From Perkinsus olseni (taxonomy: Eukaryota), in the NCBI GenBank assembly GCA_013115125.1, contig JABANN010000299.1, forward strand, positions 1 through 41,511: a stretch of DNA of 41,511 nucleotides, written 5' to 3'. The notes beneath the pieces are model-generated. The model saw only the letters and a program-made list of their open reading frames with translations, ran no database searches and was not told where the DNA came from. Shown in pieces: positions 12,069 through 21,913 of this stretch (position 1 is its first letter; every line of letters begins with the position of its first letter). Both the position numbers and the translations under genes were made by a program.

Positions 12069-15000
12069 ATGGTTGAACAACCTTTAGAAAAACTTCGTCA
12101 CACAATCGCCTTGCGAGCATGGCCCTCACTGGTACGGCAGATGGGGCCGGAGGCAGATAAAATCATAAGATGTTTGGTTGATTCCAAAGTGAAGTCAAAT
12201 CGAGCTGACGGTAAGTGGACACTTTCTGAGGAGAGCTGCAGGAGGGGTAAGGCGCCGTTTGCGGGAAAAATATGATTTCGGAAATTTCTACAGTTTTCCG
12301 ATTCTTACGCGATTGCCACTCTTCGCTCCATTTTTGGGAAATTTAGGGAAAATATCAAGATATTCTTCAGCAAGAATGAAGAGTCGTTGGCGGAAAAGTG
12401 TGATTTGGGAAAAATTTCTAAATTTCCGGTTTTTGCCGATTTTCCTTTTTTACGCAGTTTATTCGTCGTGGCGATTTTTTTCGAAAATTTGTTTTTTTCC
12501 TCAGGGAACCCGTTACTTTTCGTGCCACAGGCAGATTTCCCAGTTTACCAAGAAGCTTTGAAAAACTCAGCGGTTGAGGTGAAGCCGTTTCCCGGTATCC
12601 CGAACACGACGAAAGATTTCGAGGAGATGGACTCGGGTCTGCTGGCATTGGAATACGGTTCCTCTTATATGGTTCCAGGGGCGAGGTTTAATGAGATGTA
12701 TGGTTGGGATAGGTAGTAGGGGAAGGGCACGGGTTCGATCCCCGGCGGGTGCATTTTGGGTTCTCATTACTCGCGAATTTCTCACATGAATCGAGGTCAA
12801 TATTTCGCCGGAATATTAGAATAAATTTACCCGATATAACTTCGGTGAGCAAATACGGAGGAATCTTTGTCAAATCTGTGCTGTGCGCTGAAATATCTTT
12901 TCTCTGCGTATCTTTTTCTCGTCGACCTTAGCCGCCTTGTTACATTACGAAATCGACGTAATATCGACTTGCTATCCACTCATGAAATTTGTCTCCACAC
13001 TGAATTATTCGAGATCGGAAAATCTTCGCTGTTCGTCGCTGGAGTATCTTTCTTTTTTCAGTTACTTCATAACCCTTGGTCTGGTTAATTCATCAACACC
13101 ACCGAATCCTGAGCTTCTCCATGTCGCCGTGTCGATGCTGAAGAATCATATTTATCAGGTTGAAAATTACGGGAAGGTCCTCAACGCTAATCGATCGTAA
13201 TAAAACGGATTGTACATGCGTGCTGATTTTCATACCACACCTTCCGTTCTTCAAGCGTCTCAATTACGGTGTAAGTCGAAAATTCCGAACTTACATCGGA
13301 AATTTTTAGAGTATCTTTTCACGGGAATCTTTCGCTCATCGACCTTAGATATTTTTTGAACCGCGCGCAACCTCCTCTGTTATCATCGACTCTCATGCTG
13401 TTGCTGCCGTACATTAAAGAGGATGATAAGCTGGTAGGCATGTCGTTATCTTGCTTACCTTACTCAATCTTGCATTTCCTCAACCCCAGGTCAAACGAGC
13501 CACAGCAGCAGTTGTGAAAGAATATGATACCGTGTGGAGATCAGCCCCTCGATATGACAGCATTACCGGCCTTTCGAAGTAGCTTTTCTTAGCGGAGCGA
13601 AGCGTTTCACGAATACACATTTTCCATCAGATACGGCGGTTCCCCTGCTGCCAGATGCCGAGCTGTTGAGCCTGGCCACTACGACTGGATGCTGTCCTTG
13701 CAGGGAAATGATCTTGAGCGAGCGGTAGTCTTGGGGGATCTTGCGTATCTTTTCTGTGGTTGGATTATAAAATGAATAGTGAATTTTATAGATTTTTGTT
13801 CGAGGATAGTTTTCTGTTCTTTGCATTCTTCCTGGTTTTTTGTTCGACTTATTCAATATGCTTTTTGGTTGGTGGTGGTGTTATCAACATAACTGGATCG
13901 ACTGTCAAAGATTTATAATTGATTGGTATCTTTTGATTCGTGCGTGACGTGGTTCGCCCTCAGGTTCAGTCGGATATGGCTGTGAGGGAGTCTGGTCATG
14001 ATACCACCGCCCGGCTCAGCCGTTATGATGCCTGCGATATGGCGACCGTTGATTTAAATTGCATTTTATACAAGATAGAAAAAGATATGTCTGGTAGGTT
14101 GGGTAGTATCATAATCGATCACGTGATCGATTTTGTATTTTCCAGTACTACGTGAACCTTCTAGAGATTGGGCAGCACTTGCGGAATCGCGAAAGCTGAC
14201 GATTTTAAGACTAATGTAAGTGACAAGGTTCGACCTAAGATACGCGTATCTTTTCACCCAGGAGTGACCAGGTTCGACCTAAGATACGCGTATCTTTTCT
14301 CCCAGGAGTGACCAGCTTCAACCTAAGATACGCGTATCTTTTACCCAGGTACATACCTGAGCGGAGTTCATTCTTCGACTACAACACGCGCAACGGGCAA
14401 GTCGATACGTCCTTCCTGTCTGTGACGGGCTTGGCGTATCCTTTATGGTGCGGGCTGGTCGACGGCAATCGATCACTCTCGAATGAAATCGTGAACACGC
14501 TGATGACGAATCTTGCTCAGGACGGAGGGGTTGTATCGGACGATTTAAAGAACAACGTGAAGGGGTAATAATTTTTTGGGGATTTTTTTGTAGCGGAGCG
14601 AAGGTTTTTTTCTCGGTTTGCAGATTTACGGGTCAGTGGGACTGGCCGGCTGGATGGGCGCCCCACCAGATGATCACTTGGATGGGTTTGATGCGCTTGG
14701 GGTATCTTACGCAAGCTCGAGAATTAGCGTCTAGGTAGGCTGGAGAATCTTTGCTGTGCGAGGGCAGGAGTATCTTTTGGTATCTTGGAGGTCGACGTGC
14801 TTTTCTGGGAAAAGCTTTCGGCAGAACTGATCATTCTCGGGAAGGCTAGAGAGCTAGAGTTGTGGGTATACCACAATTCCCGCAGAAAATGTACTGGAAT
14901 GCTTGGGTATTGGAATCTTCACGCACAGCGAAGATTCCCTTCACGGCGTATCTTATTTCGCAGGTGGGTTCGTTTATGTCTGAAAACTTTCCAAGTCTAC

Positions 15001-15690
15001 GACTGTCTTCCCGAGAAGTTCGATGTTGTCCATTGCACGTCCCGAATCGACGTCGAGTACGGCAACCAGTGCAGCGAGAAGGGGGAGTACTTTGGATGGA
15101 CTGTTGCCAGCGTAATGATGGGAGGAAGTATCTTAGGTTGAAGCGAGCCGAAGATAGGAGTATGTCGATTGTGGTCGGAAAGATGTTCGTATTGTGCGTG
15201 GGGAAAAAATTCAATTTTCTGGAGAGTTTTTTCTTGAAATTTTAGAAGAATTTTTACTTCCGTTGACGATGGTGAATTTCTAAATCCCTAGTGTTCCGTG
15301 AGCACCGAAAAAAGGTTTTTTCTGGTTTTTTCCGTATCTTGTGAGGGGAATCTTTGACCTATCAGAAGCAGTTATGCTCGCGGTTAGGCTTTATTTGTAT
15401 TTGCTCGTTTAATTATGATGAGCATTCGGGAATCCAGAAAAAAATGAGTATTTTTTCGCCTTGGATTTTTCCCCTTTTGGGATAAAATTTTTTTACGAAT
15501 TTTTTCGATTCTTCAAATCCTGTTTCCACACTTTTCCGTGCTTCAGGTGGAGATGGCTTTGCAGTCCGTGCTCACTGCTGATGACATTGCCAAGATAAAC
15601 CACGATTTTGCGAATTCTCGCGGAGCCGAAAACCCTACCGGAGGGGCAGCGAGGCGGACGTGTGCCGGTGAATCTGTGAATTCAGAGTGA
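12069..15690 (+). CDS. NTH1: Trehalase, GH37, neutral/Nth1-type, copy 1 (12 exons)
   Basis: Exons 12069-12210, 12505-12712, 13062-13196, 13349-13433 ... 15547-15690 splice in frame. Motifs: [104 protein letters not shown]. No signal peptide. The symbol denotes family type, not proven orthology. Confidence 0.93.
12728..12757 (+). pseudogene. tRNA-Gly-like 3' end fragment in trehalase-1 intron 2
   Basis: CACGGGTTCGATCCCCGGCGGGTGCA followed by TTTT: a T-arm plus a 3' acceptor strand ending TGCA, as in eukaryotic tRNA-Gly. It lies ~15 nt after the donor at 12713. Confidence 0.6.
14219..14349 (+). repeat. Three tandem ~44-bp units forming trehalase-1 intron 8
   Basis: Unit AGTGACCAGGTTCGACCTAAGATACGCGTATCTTTTCTCCCAGG occurs three times (14219, 14263, 14307). 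Each copy contains the perfect palindrome AAGATACGCGTATCTT and ends in a pyrimidine tract plus CAG. Confidence 0.95.
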
Positions 15691-15865
15691 TTTGTTTTAA
15701 ACAGAGTTTCTCAATAATTTTGTGGCGCGGTGAAGTTGGAAGGGAAACAGAAAGGGGGTGCTGGAAAATTTTTCGTGAACATTTTTTCCCTGTAGAAATT
15801 TTTACAAGACAAAATTGTAGGAGAATTCGAAGGCTTTCCATTGCGAAAGGCTATTCACTTTTTAT

Positions 15866-15930
15866 GAGGGCGGGATTGAACCTGCGCGGATGAACATCTT
15901 CAGATTTACCGCAGAATATCTTAACCGTTT
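15866..15930 (-). pseudogene. Degenerate tRNA-Ser-like sequence between the trehalases
   Basis: Reverse complement GGTTAAG...AAATC...CCGCGCAGGTTCAATCCCGCC matches the D-loop end, long variable arm and T-arm of eukaryotic tRNA-Ser. The anticodon and acceptor stems do not pair. Confidence 0.55.
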
Positions 15931-15937
15931 CACTATA

Positions 15938-18900
15938 ATGGCCGTCGACTTTCCTGTTCCTACACTGCAAACTGCGTTCTCTGACCCTCTGCCAGCCCTT
16001 CGTGAGGCGATCGCTGAGTACGCGTGGCCAAGTTTGAAGCGCCATCTCGGACCGGACCCCGAATCGATATTAAGTTGCATGGAAGATCCGAAAATTACCA
16101 AACCGCAGCCGAAACCGGTGCCGATTCATGAGCCTCCGAAAGAGGATGATGAAGATAAGGAGAAGCAGCGACAGCAGCGTCGCCACTGGAAACGCAGAAA
16201 TCCCGATTGGCGGGCGAGGAAGGCGGGAGCGGGTAGTACGGGGATTTTGTGGCGCGGTGAAGATTTTGAAGTTCGTACCTCTTCTGAGCGAATCTTTGTC
16301 TCTCGTCAGAAATTTCTGCGTATATCGTTTTTTCCGGAATTAGCGAATTGAATTAGCGGGTGTACATGCAAATTCATCTTAAAGGCTGGGACTCAGGAAT
16401 CTGATCGAAGTTGATGGGGCCGTTGAAATATATTGTCCTCAATGGGAAAGTTCTCATGCCGAGAGATGGAAACATTTATTTCGTGTCGGACGTATCTTAG
16501 GTTGAACCTTGCGAGGAATAGTTGTCAGGATTCTCATTTTCCTCAGGGCCTCTCCCGTTACTCTATGTCCCTACTAGAGACTATGAAGTCTACGCGAATG
16601 CTTTGCTTGAGTATCCTGCACGGGTCAAGCTTTACCCGGGGATGCCCCGCACTGTGGAGGATTTCGACAAGATGGAACCAGGCCTGCTGGCTCTAGAATT
16701 CGGCGCTGAGTACATCGTCCCTGGCGGAAGGTTTACTTCTATGTATGGCTGGGATAGGTAGTAGCAGGGATTGAACCCGGGTCGTTTGCATGAAAGGATC
16801 GTTATCGCATTGCCAGTTACTTCATTATTCTGGGCTTGCTGAGTTCGTCTGAGCCACCGGAGCCGAGATTATTGAAGACAGCGATTTCGATGCTAAGTCA
16901 GCAGGTTTATGAAATTGAAAACTACGGGGCCCTCTTAAATGCTAATCGATCGTAATATGAGGTGTAACGGTGAAATCGATCACGCGATCGATTTTAGATA
17001 TTTTTTGAATCGTTCACAACCGCCGTTCCTTTCATCGACTTTAATGGCACTATTGCCGTATATTAAGAATGATACCAAGTTGGTAAGAAAGGGAGAAATC
17101 TTTGCTGTGCGCTCAGGGCGTATCTTTAGGTATCCAGAGCTACAGCAGCGATTGTTAAGGAATATGATAATGTTTGGAAATGCGGTCATCGATACGACAG
17201 AGCGACTGGTCTGTCCAGGTAGTAACGGGAATCGAGATTTGGCTAAAATGTGGTATGAGTTGGCGTGAAACAGATCTTGTGCTCACAGTAACAGGAAAAC
17301 TATGGGGGGCGTGCTCATTTTCCCCGGCTTTTCATTTTCGTATCTTCCCAAGGGAAAATGTAAAATTTTATTTAGTTCAGTTTGGCTGAAATGGTGTAGG
17401 TATTCTTCAATGATACTTCTCTGTGGAACATGAGGAGAATTCATCAGAAAAATTCTTCTACGGCTCGGGCGAGATAGACAACACGGGCAGCGCTCTCAAC
17501 AGAATTGTTGTGGAGTTTGGCATAAGTGCAAAAAAGTGTAAATTCTTCGCGCGCAAATTAGTGAATGAGTAGAGTTGGTGTGAGGGAAGGAAATGTGGAA
17601 GGGAGTATTTGACGCACGATTATGCTGAGTTCAAATGGAAGACTAGAGAGCGAAAATTACCATCTGAATTTGGCATCTTCCCCTTTTCAGTGTCAGAAAT
17701 GCTGAACGAGAACCCCTCGTCCGGATCGTCGTCTCCCGCAGGTACGATGGTCATCCGGAGACGCTTTGCAGGGCGACCGAGATCGGTCACTACGCTTGGA
17801 TGAAAGGTCTCACAGGAAACGCTCGAAAGAGAGCGGTAAGTCAATTTATCTGTGCAGGAATCTTTCTGATTAGTGTCGTTGCAGATTCGGTCGGACATGG
17901 CCATTCAGGAGTCAGGTCATGATACCACTGCAAGGCTGACGAGGACTGATGCTTGCGACATTGCCACCGTCGATCTTAACTGTATATTATACAGAATCGA
18001 ATCTGATCTTGCGAGTAGGAGGACCGGTGGGCGGGAGAAAATTGATCATGTGTCGCCTTTTGCGCTTGAGGAATTTACAAAAGCAAAATCGTAGGAATGA
18101 GAGAATGCTGAGTATCTTACGGTCATCAATTAACCGATTCTGGAGCTCAGAATTGTCCCTGGAACTGCAATTTACGCGTAGAAATAAATTCCTGAATCGA
18201 TTCCAGATAGCCCAGGTGTTCCACAGACTGGCTTTTCTGAGTTTCAACAGCCCTCCCTGGATCGTCATTCATGCGGTAAATTGAATCCTGGGGTTGGTCT
18301 CGAAATTCAGAGGAGCTGCACTATCGAGCAGCGGATTATTTTCAGAGCTTCATGAGCCTTCCAGGGACTGGCGTGCATTAGCGCGCGCCCGACGGGAGAC
18401 CATGCTTCATTTAATGTAAGAATTGAATCGAGTTTGTCAGTAGAAGAGAGGGTCTTTGTCAGGTACATCCCGACTCGCGGAGCGTTTTTTGATTATAATA
18501 CAAAAACCGGGGTTGTTGATTCTTCGGTACTCTCGGCCACTGGCGTGTCGTATCCCCTTTGGTGTGGTATGGTCGACCGAGACCGAACCGCAGTCGACAA
18601 TCTTGTGAAGACGCTGATGACGAAGCTGGCAGCACCGGGCGGAGTGGTGTCCAATAATATTACTGATAACCATCGGGGGTAAGGGGGGGCAATTCGATCG
18701 CCCAGAAAAGGATGGAGAAGAGTGTCGTTGAGAAGCTGAGAAAACATCAACCTTTATCTTCCACTGGGGGTTCTTAGACGTTCCTATTTGCTCGATAATT
18801 AGTGGAGATGAGGCAAGCTTTCATGCTCACATGGGAATGCCATTACTGTAACGGTGAGTGAGGAGGAATCCTTTGCAGGACCGATTATAGTATATTGAGA

Positions 18901-19775
18901 TCTTCGATGTACTATTATCGATCCAGAAGTAGTAACTCTCTCCTAGAGTTGGAGGGGAATCATTTCTCATCGAATTCCACTCAAGTTTGATTTACTCCTC
19001 TGCGAAGTCAACTCGTATTTGTTCAGATTCCGCGGGCAATGGGATTGGCCGGCAGGTTGGGCCCCTCATCAGATGCTGACATGGATCGCCTTGATGAGGC
19101 TGAATAAGGTTAAGGAAGCTCGAGACTTGGCCTCTAGGTGAGCGGGGCTTTTAAGTTTTCTGCTTCAGGAAGAGCTACTTTGATTGTTATGATTCACAGC
19201 TGCTCTGGTTCAAGCTCGTGAGCTCCATCGTAACTCGTGAGGGATTATTCAACTGACGGCCGGTGATGTCAAATTTCTCTCCCTGCCGTCGGTGCGGTAA
19301 ATTTCGCGCGAGAAAAGTTATCCTGGGTAGTGCTACTTGCAAGGCGTTTGAGAGGTTCTTGTTGGCTCACTTCCATCATCCGATTCTCGGCTAGAAGTTA
19401 ATGGTGGAGAAGGAAACACGTTTTGATTGAGTATGCGCAGAAAATGTCACACAACGCGAGATCTGTCGTCCATCGAGTGAATCTTCTTAGGTGGGTAAGT
19501 CTGGCCTTAGAGACCTTCATCAATTACGGATGCCTCCCGGAGAAGTTCGACGTGGTTTCGTGTACATCCACGCTCAACTTGGAGTACGGCAACCAGTGCA
19601 CAGGCGTCGGTGACTTCTTCGGTTGGACGACCGCTAGCGTGAGTTTCACCACTTTGGTCGAACAAATTTGGATGTGTTCTTTTCGTAGGTCGAATTTGCT
19701 CTGCAGCAAGTTTTGACTGATGGAGACATCGCGGAAATCGAAAGAAATATGAAGATGGTCGTCAAAAACCACTGA
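15938..19775 (+). CDS. NTH1: Trehalase, GH37, neutral/Nth1-type, copy 2 (12 exons)
   Basis: Exons 15938-16232, 16547-16757 ... 19689-19775, with the same 11 intron positions as copy 1. Motifs: [92 protein letters not shown]. The symbol denotes family type. Confidence 0.93.
16767..16797 (-). pseudogene. tRNA-Glu(TTC)-like 3'-half fragment in trehalase-2 intron 2
   Basis: Reverse complement CCTTTCATGCAAACGACCCGGGTTCAATCCC contains an anticodon-loop-like CT-TTC-AT, a short variable loop and a T-arm. Host intron is 16758-16816. Confidence 0.5.
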
Positions 19776-21160
19776 TATCATCATCACCACCCCCTTTGGA
19801 GTGCTTTCTTACCATACCAGCCGCTCTGTGCATTCTGTTAAGTGCATTGTCGACCGAGTTGAGTTCTTCGATTGTTGGATATCGAGAGTGTAATCGAGCT
19901 AAATTTAGTTTACTTCTCCGAGTACCATCCTGCCAGGAGGAAAAGAAAGCCTCTCTGGTTGAATATAACTCTGGGAATAGCTTCTTGACGATCAGTCACT
20001 GCATGTCAATGCTACAGAGAGTCTCCAGCGGTGTACATTGGCAAGAGTCGAACTGAACCGGAACCGTAAGCGTTGGACTATTAACTCACATCTACACGGG
20101 CAAAATTGCGGTTACGGTCCGTGAATTGATAAGAACGTTTACGGTTTCGAAAACCGTAAAAGCGTAGAACGTGTATCGCACACTGGCGAAGCGATGGATG
20201 GATGGTGTGTGTGAGTTACTCTCACACTCACCATCCTTGACCTCGAGTGTGGGGCGAGTGTGCCATCCCTCTTTATCGATAGTCAGCTTGGTTCAGACAG
20301 CAGGAGTTTAAGCAGATGGAGTGGAGTCCACAGTAGATAACAGGAATATTTACAAGACCATTGGCAGCGTCGGCGTGACCTCAGTCATTCTGCTAACAGA
20401 TTTTCAAGATTTTCCGGCGTTTGGTTTGAAATTTCGAAAGCGAAACTCGCGAATGAGCGACGAAGCTTCCGAGCTCCCGATTGGTGTGCGTTACAACCTC
20501 CAACTCGTTCGCACCAAAAGTTCATCAGGGGTGGGCTCTTTTTAAGTATGGTACCCTAGCGAGGTGGTACGAATGCACAGCGTAACTCATTGCGAGCGAA
20601 TCACGGATTGTGAAGCCATAGCGGAGGGAGTCCATTCCACCTTGTCGAGGGACGTGCAAAGATGGTTACCCGACGAAGCAGCCTGCGAGGAGGTTCGTAG
20701 TGGATCACGGGGGGCATTCCTCCGTACACCTTGTGTATCGTTCGCGTGCCACGACGACCACGCCCCAGTGACAGCGAGGAGGTGTGTTTGCGTGCACAAC
20801 TTCCGTTATCAGTCCGTTGCTCGATGGTTTGTATCCCTTGAAGCGGCTCTCTCGAACGTGAGATTTCAGCTGTGCTGTAAACACTCCAGGGGCACTCAAG
20901 AGAGATGTGGCCAGGACATTCAAACCTCCCTCTTGAGCTTGGACTTTGTATCGGTCGCGATGTCTAGTACGGCAATGAACAGTTTCTGTGACGCTCATGG
21001 TATCGTGCAGCTCGGAGTATCCGCATAGTGGGGGATTCCTAGCCTGGGACCGCTCATTCGATTCAGCCAGCTGTAGCGTGTATACAATTTCCGACCTCTT
21101 TCCTCACGAGGTCGATCGGAGGCATGAAGTTCACTTTGCAGCCTCCCGTATTTCTGGAGC

Positions 21161-21913
21161 ATGACCCTACTATCAGCCCTGCTCGTCTCCTTCCACCTAG
21201 TCTTTGTGGATGGTCAGCCACCCGGCAGGTATGAAGCTGTTCGTGACGATGAACGATTCGTCCTCGACGTCACGGAGGATCAGATGGTCTCCATGACGGT
21301 TTACTGTGATTGTGGCAAGGGATTCTACACCGACGGCCCGTATCGTCTTTTGAAGGGATGCGGCCTCTATGAGCACATCATCGACTTCAGCGGCGTGTGC
21401 GAGGGTGTCTCACACTGGTACATCGGCATCAGGTCGGCCTGCACCAACGCTTGTCTTGTCGACGGCGACTTCAGGACGATCACCTTCGATTCTGCCGATA
21501 CTCTCACAACAACCGTTGGCAACAAGGTGGCCACCTTCTCGAGGTCCACACGTTTGCTAGTTCCGAACTATTATTATTACGACGACGAGAAGTCGAAGAT
21601 TAGCATCGTATATGAGGTTGGCTACGACGGGACTGTGAAGATTAAAGTCAAATGCCGCTGTTTTCTGTGCAGCAAGAGACTCTCTGCGGAGTTCCGCCTT
21701 GTCCGTAACGACCGTCGCTTCTCTTATACGACCTACGATCTGCTTCCAACCGGTAAAAAAACTATCGAAGCATTCCAGGCCAAGGTCGGTTGTTCGTGTA
21801 AGATGCGCACTTCCCCGCAAGACTTCATATACCTAGCTTTTGCGTCGGGCAACACAGCTTATACTGAGCTCGGAGGTAGACGTATATTCCTGGAAGCGGT
21901 GAAGGGGTTCTGA
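21161..21913 (+). CDS. Putative secreted protein, intronless, two-repeat Cys-containing family (member A, 250 aa)
   Basis: Hydrophobic N-terminal signal peptide ending near VDG-Q, then GRY, then two ~110-aa repeats each with C...C..(D)F/L. Clear paralogue of 25085-25837. Confidence 0.85.
   Translation: MTLLSALLVSFHLVFVDGQPPGRYEAVRDDERFVLDVTEDQMVSMTVYCDCGKGFYTDGPYRLLKGCGLYEHIIDFSGVCEGVSHWYIGIRSACTNACLVDGDFRTITFDSADTLTTTVGNKVATFSRSTRLLVPNYYYYDDEKSKISIVYEVGYDGTVKIKVKCRCFLCSKRLSAEFRLVRNDRRFSYTTYDLLPTGKKTIEAFQAKVGCSCKMRTSPQDFIYLAFASGNTAYTELGGRRIFLEAVKGF

Noticed and set aside
14219-14349. CRISPR-like repeat with internal palindrome
   Set aside because: No unique spacers, eukaryotic intron context and no cas genes; it is a tandem repeat.
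20564-21028. 154-aa ORF before the secreted cluster
   Set aside because: GTG start, no motif, no paralogy and no splice support.
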